A stretch of DNA of 64,000 bases from Candidatus Pacebacteria bacterium CG_4_9_14_0_2_um_filter_40_15 (GTDB lineage: Bacteria > Patescibacteriota > Microgenomatia > UBA1400 > PJMF01): contig PFRS01000001.1 of assembly GCA_002788675.1 (NCBI GenBank), positions 15,009 to 79,008 on the forward strand, read 5' to 3'. Under the pieces are notes generated by a model. That model was not told where the DNA came from. It made no database searches and saw only the letters and a list, made by a program, of their open reading frames with translations. This document shows positions 38,163 to 47,760 of this stretch, in pieces (the first letter of the stretch is position 1; every line of letters starts with the position of its first letter). Made by a program: the position numbers and the translations under genes.

Positions 38163-39098
38163 CTACAAATCGGTGTGGTGCTCACGATGCGTTTTTTTAA
38201 GTTGTGGGCGAGTAACATGCGTGTAAATTTGAGTAGTGGAGATATTCTTATGCCCCAACATCTCCTGAACGTCTCGGAGCCCTGCTCCATTCGAAAGCAA
38301 GTCAGTTGCAAAGCTGTGTCGAATACCATGCGGACTAATCTTGATAGGCAAGTGAGCCTTGCGGCAATACTTGTCGACTATGCGCTGCACACTTCGAGTG
38401 GTGAGGCGCATTTCTTCACCTGAGTCAAGTAATTCAGGTTTCTTGCCTGCAAAACGCACAAAGACTGGCCGCCACTGATCTTCTCGAGAAGCAAGCCATC
38501 TATCCAACCAATCTGCTGCTCTATCACTTAAGAAAACTACTCGAGGTCTGCGACCTTTTCCAATCACACCAAATTCTCTGGATTTAATGTCAATCTGGTC
38601 TCGATTAAGAGAAATGAGCTCACTTACACGCAACCCTGTTGAGAACAAAACCTCAAGAATTGCCCGGTCTCTCAGGCCTGTTTTACTCGAGAGCAAAGGC
38701 TGGGCCAAGAGCTTTTCGATCTTTTCAATATTTAAAAACTTCATGTGCTGTGACTCAGACTTGGGTAAATCAATCTTTTCTGGGTGGAGAACTGGCACAT
38801 CGTTCTTGACTAGCCACTTCAGCATCGACCTGAGGGCAATGATGTAATACCCTTGCGTTTTCTTAGAAAGAGTTCTCCCTTTGTCATCTTCATACCGAGA
38901 GAGGTACATACGATATTCACGAACAGCATCTTGGTCAACCTTAGTAATGTCGGTAACTCCATACTCCTTTAACCAGTCAGCAAAACGACGGAGGTAATGC
39001 CCATAGTTACGCAGCGTTAATTTTGAAACATTACGTTCAACTTCTAAGTGTTCTAAAAAGACGACCATGCATGCATGCGGTTGTGTTGGGATTCCCAT
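38163..39098 (-). CDS. Xer-family tyrosine recombinase (chromosome dimer resolution)
   Basis: RDRAILEVLFSTGLRVSEL, GKG, HGIRHSFAT, LGH, TQIYTHV; N-terminal core-binding domain; ATG 39098. Confidence 0.93.
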   Translation of the reverse strand: MGIPTQPHACMVVFLEHLEVERNVSKLTLRNYGHYLRRFADWLKEYGVTDITKVDQDAVREYRMYLSRYEDDKGRTLSKKTQGYYIIALRSMLKWLVKNDVPVLHPEKIDLPKSESQHMKFLNIEKIEKLLAQPLLSSKTGLRDRAILEVLFSTGLRVSELISLNRDQIDIKSREFGVIGKGRRPRVVFLSDRAADWLDRWLASREDQWRPVFVRFAGKKPELLDSGEEMRLTTRSVQRIVDKYCRKAHLPIKISPHGIRHSFATDLLSNGAGLRDVQEMLGHKNISTTQIYTHVTRPQLKKTHREHHTDL

Positions 39099-39599
39099 AG
39101 TACAGTCACTATACAGCTTTGACTCATACTTCACAATGTTTTACGACAGAAATAGGTATTTTGGACTTGTTAAGCACATATTGCCACTACAATCGGCATT
39201 TCGAATGATGAGTAAGTCACCTACTAATTAAAAAGCCGATTTTGAGGCTCCTAGAGCCTTTTAGCCTGGTGTACGGGCATTTTTAGATAGCAACCACACG
39301 CTTATAACCCCACGCACTAGGTTTAGCTCACACATTTCTGCACTCCAATACCTCCCCACTCCAAAGAGACCTCAATATATTATTTTTATGTCGCACAATA
39401 TTTACGGACGAGCAGAAGCACTGTGGTGAAGCAGGCCAATCCTGCCAAATAGCCAAAATTGACCTAGCCAAGACCGAGGGAGAACTCAGGCAAAAAAGAT
39501 AAAAAAGAATAAAAATAAAAACAATTAGAGAGTCAGGGCATAGAAATAAAAAAGTGAAAAATGCAATTTGCAAACGAGCTGTCTCAAGTACAATTAGCC

Positions 39600-39631
39600 T
39601 TACGTCGTAAAAGTTATATTGTGCGACATAA
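39600..39631. other. Putative dif-like recombination site
   Basis: TTACGTCGTAAAA-gttata-TTGTGCGACATAA: 13-bp arms (10/13 inverted identity) around a 6-bp spacer, about 500 bp upstream of the xer gene. Confidence 0.65.
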
Positions 39632-40344
39632 CAAATATTGGGCAATATGGGGGTCTCTCAAAAGAGGGGTTTCCTCTCTCACTGCCGCACAGTATGTTAC
39701 AAAGTAATAATGTATGTGTACCTTTTTATTCAAAAGTATCCCCATTTCACACTCTTGCTACCTCTAGGTAGATTGCCCTAAATGCCTCAATTCCGGTGTC
39801 TCACCAAACACCGCTTCGGGTTTTCTTTATTCTTGCAGGCACCTGAGGTCTCCCCAGAGGAGCACCAGGCTAGTATGCCTGTTTAGTTATTCTTGCATAT
39901 ACACCACTTCTGTTACACGATATGGCTGTGTATAAGTATATATTTAGCCTGGTACAAACTCAATAATGTCCTATAGTTTTTAAAGTTATCCACATGATAA
40001 GTCCTATAATTTCACATGTTTCACGCTCGTACATATCAAAGTGTATCAAACTATATCACTTCCCCATTCTTCCAGGCTAACTGAAATCTTTTTTTGCTCA
40101 CTTCTCCACTGATTTTTTTAATATATTTTATGGTATTTATCGATTTTTTATGTCTAATTTTATATTTATCTATTATTTTTGCTTGGTATTTAGCTATTAA
40201 AAGTTGCATTACTGTCACCTTGTATACCTCAAGAACAGATTTTCACTACTCCTCTGCTCTTACCCGTACATTTCCCGCCTGGACTCCAGGCAAAGAAAAA
40301 TGCCAAAAAAATGAATAAATAGTGACAATTTTTGTGAAAAAAAA

Positions 40345-41112
40345 TTACTTAAGCGGTACAACGAAAGCGAAAACTAAGGCTATAAACAGTGCTACCAGGC
40401 TATATTCTGTCAGCGTACGAGTAAAAAGACGTCCTTTAAGCGCTGCTTGAAGTATTCCTACACCAATATAGAGCAAGGACATAACAAACAACGCATCGTA
40501 CCAGACTGACAACGGGAAAAATGAGATAATTACCCCAACTTCAGCAAGAATAAGCGCTAACACTGTTGACAACTGCAGAGTCTCTTTTTGAATCTTTTGC
40601 TCGAGGTTTACCGACCACAGCGAAGTGAAAATCAAAGGAAAATGCAACACACCAATAAACAAGCCATTCAAAAAAAACGGAAACTTGAGAGAAAAAACAG
40701 TGTTACTCAGCAATAATGAGGTTACTAGGGTCACAATCAGCGAAATTGCCTGGGCTGCGTGCACTAACTGGATTGTTCGTCCCTTTGCAACCGAAAAAAT
40801 GTTGGCCGTAAGATAGATTGCGTACATACCAACGCCAAAAAATACTAACAGTAATATACGGGACAAAACGTTAGGTGGAAGTAAAAAGTAAAAGAGACTA
40901 ACAGAGACAGCATATAAAGCCGGAAATGGCACGATTGTAAGCCGCTCGTGTGGCTGCAAATCATCGTGTAATGCCCATGAACTCACAAGATAGGTAACAA
41001 CAAAAAATGCCAATACTGCCCAATATCTAAAGTCCAATGCAGTCACTTGCACACCAAGCAAGCCAAAACTCAGCAAAATTGCAGCAATCACAAATTTTTC
41101 TCGTCTTCTCAT
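40345..41112 (-). CDS. Multi-pass membrane protein, unknown function
   Basis: Many consecutive hydrophobic helices over 255 aa. Confidence 0.75.
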   Translation of the reverse strand: MRRREKFVIAAILLSFGLLGVQVTALDFRYWAVLAFFVVTYLVSSWALHDDLQPHERLTIVPFPALYAVSVSLFYFLLPPNVLSRILLLVFFGVGMYAIYLTANIFSVAKGRTIQLVHAAQAISLIVTLVTSLLLSNTVFSLKFPFFLNGLFIGVLHFPLIFTSLWSVNLEQKIQKETLQLSTVLALILAEVGVIISFFPLSVWYDALFVMSLLYIGVGILQAALKGRLFTRTLTEYSLVALFIALVFAFVVPLK

Positions 41113-41149
41113 ACGCTGGGCCTCATGTTACTTATAGCAGATGTGAGCA

Positions 41150-41722
41150 TTACTCTTCACTGTCATTTTCAATAGCATCAGTAGCAAAGTATACATCTTC
41201 AATGTCATCCATTTCTCGGATAGCATCAATCAGTTTTTTTAGCTGCTGCTTAACTTCTTCATCTTCAACGTCAATGTTCATGGTAGCTTCGTAGCCACCG
41301 TCTTGAGCTCTCTGAAACATATACATGGCACTTCCAGGACTCCCCAATGAGCCACTGTTGCGAGAGAATGCAAATTTAATTTCGCCAGCAGTACGGTTCA
41401 CGTTATCGGTATGCGCCACAGCAATTATGGCAACTCCGCCGGGACCAAACCCTTCATAGGCTATTTCTTGGATAGTTGCACCAGTGGCTGATTTACCCAT
41501 GCCACGTTCGATTGCCTTCTGAATTTTGTCTTTGGGCATGTTTGCTACTCGAGCTTTATCGAGGGCAAATCGCAATCCTGGATTAAATTTTGGATCGTCA
41601 GAAGATCCTTCCTTAACTGCAATACGAATTAATTTTGCAACCTCCCCAAAGGCTTTTGCTCGAGCAATGTCTTGCGCACCTTTTCTATTCTTGATGTTAT
41701 TCCACTTGCTATGACCAGACAT
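41150..41722 (-). CDS. yebC: YebC/PmpR family protein, internally shortened
   Basis: MSGHSKWNNIK, YEGFGPGG, TDNVNRT. Confidence 0.93.
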   Translation of the reverse strand: MSGHSKWNNIKNRKGAQDIARAKAFGEVAKLIRIAVKEGSSDDPKFNPGLRFALDKARVANMPKDKIQKAIERGMGKSATGATIQEIAYEGFGPGGVAIIAVAHTDNVNRTAGEIKFAFSRNSGSLGSPGSAMYMFQRAQDGGYEATMNIDVEDEEVKQQLKKLIDAIREMDDIEDVYFATDAIENDSEE

Positions 41723-41949
41723 AGAACCTTTCTGAATCGCTATTATTGTGTGTGTATATCTCCTGTGTGGTGAAGTTATTATACCGCAGGCCCTGACGAA
41801 AGGTGTAGCCTAAATCAACTATTCTGTGTATACTGTTTCAGCCTCGAGGGAAGTAGAAAATTGGCATTTGTTATTTAAATATTTTTTGCTACAATCTACA
41901 TCCGAAATCTACATCTAAAAACACCAGGTAATTTGGAAGAAAGTTTGAG

Positions 41950-42699
41950 ATGAACACGCAAGCAGCCCTAAGACTAAAAGCTATCAAAAATGCTAAAGAA
42001 GGCCTCTGGGAAACAGCAATTGAGACAAACCTATCTCTCATTACAATCGACCCTAAAGACACCAACGCCTACAACCGTTTGGGTGTTGCCTACCTCCAAC
42101 TCGGAAAAACACGTTTAGCCACCAAACAATTTAAACAATCACTCGATCTTGATAGAAATAATAAGATTGCTAAGAAACAACTCGAGAGAATTAAAAATAA
42201 ACAAACTATTTCTCCAGCCTTTGTTTCACAGCACTTTATTGAAGAACCTGGTAAAACAAAAACTGTTGAACTTACGCGCCTAGCAGGCAAGGAAACGCTC
42301 GATAATCTCTCCGTAGGTAAATCATGCAAACTTGTCATCAAAAACCGCTACATTTCGATCATGGTCGATAACGCCTATATTGGTGCATTACCTGAAGATC
42401 TTTCATTCAGACTAACAAAACTTATCAACACAGGAAACATCTACTCTTGCGCTGTCCGCTCAGCTTGCAGAAAAGCATGCGAGGTGTACATTCGTGAAGA
42501 AGAACGTTCAAAACAAAATGCGCTTACACACTCATTCCCACCAAATAAAATTGCTTTAAGTAGTTTAAATGACGATACTGACTTTGATGATACATTAACT
42601 CTCGAGGAAAATATCCCAGTCGAAATTGTTGAAACAGATACCGACAGCGAAAAAAACCTTGACGAATTCAATACTGAAGACGTAATTAGAAATCACTAA
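41950..42699 (+). CDS. TPR-containing protein with acidic C-terminus
   Basis: AYNRLGVAYLQLG..A...F..SL.LD..N.IA TPR; FIEEPGKTK. Confidence 0.75.
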   Translation: MNTQAALRLKAIKNAKEGLWETAIETNLSLITIDPKDTNAYNRLGVAYLQLGKTRLATKQFKQSLDLDRNNKIAKKQLERIKNKQTISPAFVSQHFIEEPGKTKTVELTRLAGKETLDNLSVGKSCKLVIKNRYISIMVDNAYIGALPEDLSFRLTKLINTGNIYSCAVRSACRKACEVYIREEERSKQNALTHSFPPNKIALSSLNDDTDFDDTLTLEENIPVEIVETDTDSEKNLDEFNTEDVIRNH

Positions 42700-42746
42700 T
42701 CTCAGTCTGATCTCAATAGTTTTTGAGTTGCACAACAACTCAGTTG

Positions 42747-43955
42747 TTATTCTGTGGTTGAAACTGCCACATCATTTCCAAGCAAAATCACTATGTCTGC
42801 TCTGTAGCGCTTGGTTTCTGTGGTCTGCGGCTCACGTATGCTGGTTTCTGGAAAAAATGGCGCAAGTTTAGTGTACAAAGCTTCACACTCTGATTTCAAA
42901 TCTGGTGTAACCTGAAGATGCGTAACATCTTCAACTTGAGAAACACTATCCTCTCTCACCACATACACTCCATTTTGCTCGAGCAGATGCGCCGTATCAC
43001 GAGCTAAATTTCGCTTCCCTGTAGTATTAATTACGGCTATCGAACATGACTTTTCTTCTGGTGAAAGCTCTAGGGATGACGTCTCAAAAAAACTACTCGT
43101 GTCTTCATATGAATCTAAACTCTGAATATTTTCAGTCGTGTGAGCCATAAAACTTAAGCTTAAAATAGTAAGTGCATGTGAAGGATGACGGAGTGCCGTT
43201 CTCAGTGCAATGGCTCTGAGCTCACTCGCTACTGAGCTGGAGAAAGGCATGTCGCTGTCTGTTGCAGTATCTACTGTGAGCGGTTCAGACATCACAATTT
43301 GATCAATCGGAATTTCAAATATACGACTCATAATTGATCGCATAGTTTCATCACTTTGTTGTTCCATTCGAAGGAGGGATGGCACTGCACCAACAGCATA
43401 TTTGCCATATCCATTCGGGACTTCAACTTCCTCACTGCCGTCAATGAGATATGCCGTAGTATGTTTTGGATCTTTGTCAAAATGTGCGAAGATAATTTTG
43501 CCCTTTAATGAGTCTATATTATCTGAAACGTACAAAATATTTCTTGTTCCAATCAAACTGAAAAGTACCGAAGGTAGTATGAAATTCCAAACGATACAAA
43601 AAATAAAAATCACGCCTAAAAGCGAAAAGACAACTCCACGTAGCATACTAATAAACACTGGTGTTTTACTACTCGATTTCGAACGTGTATTCGACGTGCG
43701 TCGAGTCCTAGTAACTTTAGTTTTCGCCTGAGATTTTGATCCCGTTTTAGTAGACTTAGCACTCGTAGAAGTGACGCTTTTCTTAGCGGCACTGCTTAAG
43801 CGACGTGACCCACTACGCACAGACTTCGCTGTCGAAGTCGACTTCTTTACTGTTCGTCGTGTAGCTGTGGTTGATGCTGCAGCTCGACGACTTCTTGGAG
43901 TGGTCTTCGCAGCAGATCTTCGAGATGTTAGTGGCTTCCGGGCAGGTGTGGCCAT
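42747..43955 (-). CDS. Membrane protein with basic S/T/K/R-rich N-tail and LytR C-terminal domain
   Basis: IAVINTTGKRNLA...ADIVILLGND (LytR_C); TM near aa 105-130. Confidence 0.7.
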   Translation of the reverse strand: MATPARKPLTSRRSAAKTTPRSRRAAASTTATRRTVKKSTSTAKSVRSGSRRLSSAAKKSVTSTSAKSTKTGSKSQAKTKVTRTRRTSNTRSKSSSKTPVFISMLRGVVFSLLGVIFIFCIVWNFILPSVLFSLIGTRNILYVSDNIDSLKGKIIFAHFDKDPKHTTAYLIDGSEEVEVPNGYGKYAVGAVPSLLRMEQQSDETMRSIMSRIFEIPIDQIVMSEPLTVDTATDSDMPFSSSVASELRAIALRTALRHPSHALTILSLSFMAHTTENIQSLDSYEDTSSFFETSSLELSPEEKSCSIAVINTTGKRNLARDTAHLLEQNGVYVVREDSVSQVEDVTHLQVTPDLKSECEALYTKLAPFFPETSIREPQTTETKRYRADIVILLGNDVAVSTTE

Positions 43956-43980
43956 AAAAAATACTTCTTAAGTGTTTCTA

Positions 43981-45171
43981 TTATTGTTCTAGTATATAAC
44001 TTCGCAGCTGCTCTGTCAGCCGAATCATGAAGCGTAGGTTATGTTGCGTTGCTAATCTGAAGTATGAAAGTTCTTTCGTTTTGTACAAATGACGCAGATA
44101 GCCACGGGTATATCCAGCTTTACATGTTTCACAATCGCATCCTTCTTGAATCAGACCAGAATCAGTTGTGTACGCCGCCGCACCAATCGACATACGTCCA
44201 TTTTTGAATTCGGACTGGAATACTGGTTCACCATTTTCAATTTCAAGTGAACCTACATACAGTGAACCATTGCGCGCCAGCCTGGCTGGAGCGACACAAT
44301 CAAACATATCGAATCCCATCTTAACACCATCGACTAAATCAATAGGATTCATACCCATACCCATGGCATAGCGAGGTTTTTCCTTCGGCATCAGTGGTTC
44401 AATCCACTCCATCACGCGACGCGTGCCATCAAGGTCATAGCCAACAGTTTCACCACCCAAAGCAACTCCATCAAAATCGAGACTGACAATATGTTCTACT
44501 GCTTCTCGACGTAGATCTTCAAAAAGTCCCCCTTGGATAATGCCAAAAAGAGATTGGTAGGTACCATAGACACTTCTGCGATCATGTTTTTCCCAGTACT
44601 CATAGCAGGCAGTCGCCCATCTGTTTGTTTTTGCAAGTGAATCGACTGCGTATTCGTGCGGTTTACTATCTGGAAGCGCTTCATCAAAGGCCATCATAAT
44701 GTCAGAACCAATTTCACGCTGAATTTGAATTGATTTTTCAGGAGTAAATGTATGCTTAGAACCATCCAGATGTGACCTGAACTCAACGCCATCATCACTA
44801 ATCTTTACACTTGGACCACTTTTTTGTGATGAACCATCTTGTTTATGAGCAATAGCATCACCTAAAGACAGTACCTGAAACCCACCTGAGTCGGTCAAAA
44901 TAGGTTTGTCCCACTGCATAAAAGCATGGAGACCTCCCATCTCTTGCATCGTCTGCATTCCCGGACGTAAATACAAATGGTAGGTATTTCCTAAAATTAT
45001 ATGTGCTTGGGTATTTTTAACATCGGCTGAATCAAGTGCTTTGACTGAACCCACGGTGCCAACTGGCATAAAAATAGGAGTCTGCACCACTCCATGAGGT
45101 GTGGTCATCGTGCCCGCACGCATTTTGCCTTTGGTTTTGAGTAATTTGAAACTAAATTCTTTATTTGCCAT
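43981..45171 (-). CDS. tgt: tRNA-guanine transglycosylase
   Basis: TPIFMPVGT, NTYHL, TDSGGFQV, DMFDCV, CDCETC; start ATG 45171. Confidence 0.95.
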   Translation of the reverse strand: MANKEFSFKLLKTKGKMRAGTMTTPHGVVQTPIFMPVGTVGSVKALDSADVKNTQAHIILGNTYHLYLRPGMQTMQEMGGLHAFMQWDKPILTDSGGFQVLSLGDAIAHKQDGSSQKSGPSVKISDDGVEFRSHLDGSKHTFTPEKSIQIQREIGSDIMMAFDEALPDSKPHEYAVDSLAKTNRWATACYEYWEKHDRRSVYGTYQSLFGIIQGGLFEDLRREAVEHIVSLDFDGVALGGETVGYDLDGTRRVMEWIEPLMPKEKPRYAMGMGMNPIDLVDGVKMGFDMFDCVAPARLARNGSLYVGSLEIENGEPVFQSEFKNGRMSIGAAAYTTDSGLIQEGCDCETCKAGYTRGYLRHLYKTKELSYFRLATQHNLRFMIRLTEQLRSYILEQ

Positions 45172-45265
45172 AGGGACTATTATACCAGTAACAGTGATGA
45201 AGGTTTTTGATTCAGCCTGACGATAGTAGATGAAGCGAAAACCTTCATCCTGTACAATATGCGTC

Positions 45266-46363
45266 ATGAAACTCACTCTCAACGACTTCGACTATTACCT
45301 GCCACCAGAACGCATCGCAAAGTACCCGGCGGAACCTCGCGATAGCAGTCGCCTGCTTGTTGTTGATCGCACCACAGGAGAAATCAAAGACGATTATTTC
45401 TACAACCTAGGAGTGTACTTAAACCCTGGCGATGTAATTGTTCGCAATAACACCAAAGTAATTCCTGCCCGCATTGTTGGTAAAAAAGACACTGGCGGCA
45501 AACTTGAGCTTCTTCTTGTTAAAAAAATCTCTCATACAGCTACCGTTGAAACTTGGGAATGTCTGAGTAAACCGGGACTCAAAGTTGATCAAAAAGGTAT
45601 TTTTAGTGATGTACTCCAAGCTACCTGTACAGGCATTTGTGAAGATGCCTACACCCGCACGGTTGAATTTAATATGGCTGGACCAGAATTTATCGCTGAA
45701 CTCACTCGCATTGGAATTACTCCCCTGCCCCCTTATATTGCTGAGGCTCACACTGATGAAAATGTTTTTAGAGAACAATATCAGACCATTTACGCCAAGT
45801 TTGATGGCTCTGCAGCAGCGCCAACCGCTGGGCTCCACTTTACCAAAAAGCTGGATGAAAACTTAAAAAAACACGGCATTCACATTGTTGAAGTTACCCT
45901 ACATGTCGGCTTGGGCACTTTTCTACCGGTAAAAACAGAAAATATTACTGAACATCACATGCACAGTGAATGGTTTGAACTTCCGGCTGAAACTGCTGCG
46001 GCAGTTCAAAAAGCGAAAGATAATGGTAATCGAGTTATTGCTGTAGGCACTACTTCAAATCGCGTTTTGGAGTCGTGTTCTTCTCTAAATTCAGAAGGTG
46101 AATTTACAATTACACCACAGATTGCCGATACCGATATCTACATCTATCCACCATACAAATTTGTTTGTGTTGATACTCTAATCACGAACTTTCACTTACC
46201 TAAATCAACCTTACTAATGCTGGTCTCTGCATTTGTGAGCCAACCCAACTCTGATGAATTATTCACAAAATTTTGCGAGTCACTTATTGGCCGTGCATAC
46301 ACTTATGCTATCAAAAATGAGTATAGATTTTATTCTTTTGGCGATGGGATGATTATACTCTAG
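45266..46363 (+). CDS. queA: S-adenosylmethionine:tRNA ribosyltransferase-isomerase
   Basis: FDYYLP, PLPPYI, AAPTAGLHF, TNFHLPKSTL, YRFYSFGD; start ATG 45266. Confidence 0.96.
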   Translation: MKLTLNDFDYYLPPERIAKYPAEPRDSSRLLVVDRTTGEIKDDYFYNLGVYLNPGDVIVRNNTKVIPARIVGKKDTGGKLELLLVKKISHTATVETWECLSKPGLKVDQKGIFSDVLQATCTGICEDAYTRTVEFNMAGPEFIAELTRIGITPLPPYIAEAHTDENVFREQYQTIYAKFDGSAAAPTAGLHFTKKLDENLKKHGIHIVEVTLHVGLGTFLPVKTENITEHHMHSEWFELPAETAAAVQKAKDNGNRVIAVGTTSNRVLESCSSLNSEGEFTITPQIADTDIYIYPPYKFVCVDTLITNFHLPKSTLLMLVSAFVSQPNSDELFTKFCESLIGRAYTYAIKNEYRFYSFGDGMIIL

Positions 46364-46388
46364 AAAGATATATTTTATCTTATAATAA

Positions 46389-46483
46389 TTTACAAAAGGC
46401 TTAAAATAGTCTATAATGGAATGTCATTATTTTTTCAGTTAGGTATTTTTATCTAATCTGAAGGAATAGCACACCTTTAACAA
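46389..46483 (+). promoter_or_regulatory. Promoter (TTTACA-17-TATAAT), hairpin and boxA-like CACCTTTAACAA
   Basis: Direct reading upstream of the LysM lipoprotein. Confidence 0.6.
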
Positions 46484-46525
46484 CTTTTCTCACCCCACGC
46501 TACCCATGAAGTCGGAGGATTTCAA

Positions 46526-47131
46526 ATGAACAAATCAAGATTTTTAGTTTTTGTTCTCAGCATGGCGATCGTGCTCACAGTAGCATGCACCGCTAACGAA
46601 GCTGAACCAGTAGCGCAGCTTAATGCTGCGCCGGTAACAAATGTTCCACCAACGCCAACATTCACCATAGATATGTTGGCCTCATATCACCCAAGGACGT
46701 ATTACCTACGTCCTGGTGAAAACTTGTTGAGTGTAGCTGAAATGATAGCTGGCTACACGCCATACGAACCTGAGATTGTAGTGGAAGCCCTAGTTCGGTT
46801 TAATGCCGGCAATCTGGCATATACAGACACAGGTCTCCCAGAATTTGCAAACAACTCGGAACTAGCCTCAGTGCTCATTCCAGACGCACCAGGGATACCG
46901 AGCAACATCCAACTGGGAATTCAAAACCCCCGGAGAAATTGGATGAGTATCACAATTGTGGAAGGTGATACCTTATGCGACCTTGCCCAGGCATATGGGT
47001 TTGGCACCTACCAAGAATTCGCCACAGCAGTAGGCATCAGGAACCCTGATTCATACGTGCTGATGCCCAATAATGTCCTGCACTGGGAGGTCGAAGAGCC
47101 AGCAGAATTTCTAGGCTGGCCACAAAATTGA
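46526..47131 (+). CDS. Lipoprotein with LysM-like domain(s)
   Basis: Lipobox TVAC; YYLRPGENLLSVA and IVEGDTLCDLAQAYG...GIRNP; SD GGAGG. Confidence 0.75.
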   Translation: MNKSRFLVFVLSMAIVLTVACTANEAEPVAQLNAAPVTNVPPTPTFTIDMLASYHPRTYYLRPGENLLSVAEMIAGYTPYEPEIVVEALVRFNAGNLAYTDTGLPEFANNSELASVLIPDAPGIPSNIQLGIQNPRRNWMSITIVEGDTLCDLAQAYGFGTYQEFATAVGIRNPDSYVLMPNNVLHWEVEEPAEFLGWPQN

Positions 47132-47151
47132 ATATCGGTGAGAAATAGTTG

Positions 47152-47237
47152 AAACACCCGTCAGCAATGGCGGGTGTTTTGCGTTTCTATGCAACGCTAT
47201 ACCCACCACTAAAAAGCCAGGCATCTTGCCTGGCTTT
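47152..47237. terminator. Two adjacent terminators for convergent genes
   Basis: AAACACCCGTCA-gcaa-TGGCGGGTGTTTT and AAAAGCCAGGCA-tct-TGCCTGGCTTTT. Confidence 0.8.
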
Positions 47238-47264
47238 TCTAGTTCAATTTGAAACAATAAGCGA

Positions 47265-47723
47265 TTACTCACCAACAACGTATTTCACAAATCTGTTTAC
47301 AACAAACTTTTCACCAATTTTTCCTGAAAGACCTTTAACAACTTCTTCAACCGTCATTGAAGGATCTTTGATGTAATCTTGTGAGAGAAGCTCTTCAACA
47401 GTTTCTGGCGACATAGCAACAACCTGCATTGCCAAACCTTTAGCCATGGCTTGAAATTCGTCATTGCGAGCAACAAAGTCTGTTTCGCACAGGAGTTCGA
47501 CCATAGATGCGGTCTTACCTGTTGCGTGTACATAACTTGAAATGTACCCTTCTTTTGTTTCGCGATCAGCTTTCTTTTCTGCCCGAGCAAGTCCTTTTTG
47601 ACGAACTATTTCTTTTGCAGCTTCGTAATCACCATTTGAAGAATCGAGGGCCTTTTTACAGTCCATCATTCCAGCACCGGTTTCTTCACGAAGTTTCTTA
47701 ACATCTGAAACTGAGTATGACAT
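47265..47723 (-). CDS. tsf: Elongation factor Ts (short form)
   Basis: VKKLREETGAGMMDCKKAL, ETDFVAR; follows rpsB. Confidence 0.95.
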   Translation of the reverse strand: MSYSVSDVKKLREETGAGMMDCKKALDSSNGDYEAAKEIVRQKGLARAEKKADRETKEGYISSYVHATGKTASMVELLCETDFVARNDEFQAMAKGLAMQVVAMSPETVEELLSQDYIKDPSMTVEEVVKGLSGKIGEKFVVNRFVKYVVGE

Positions 47724-47760
47724 AGTTTTCTTTCTATTAACTTGAATTTATACGAGCAGC

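Noticed and set aside
37037-39134. Integrative element at tRNA-Ala with the tyrosine recombinase as integrase
   Set aside because: No duplicated tRNA 3' end seen, no cargo or phage genes; the protein looks like a housekeeping Xer
39986-40200. oriC
   Set aside because: Only one perfect DnaA box, no dnaA/dnaN nearby, and an adjacent dif-like site argues against it
45172-45282. Apparent overlap of tgt and queA ORFs
   Set aside because: Artefact of longest-ORF starts; homology and -10 boxes support 45171 and 45266
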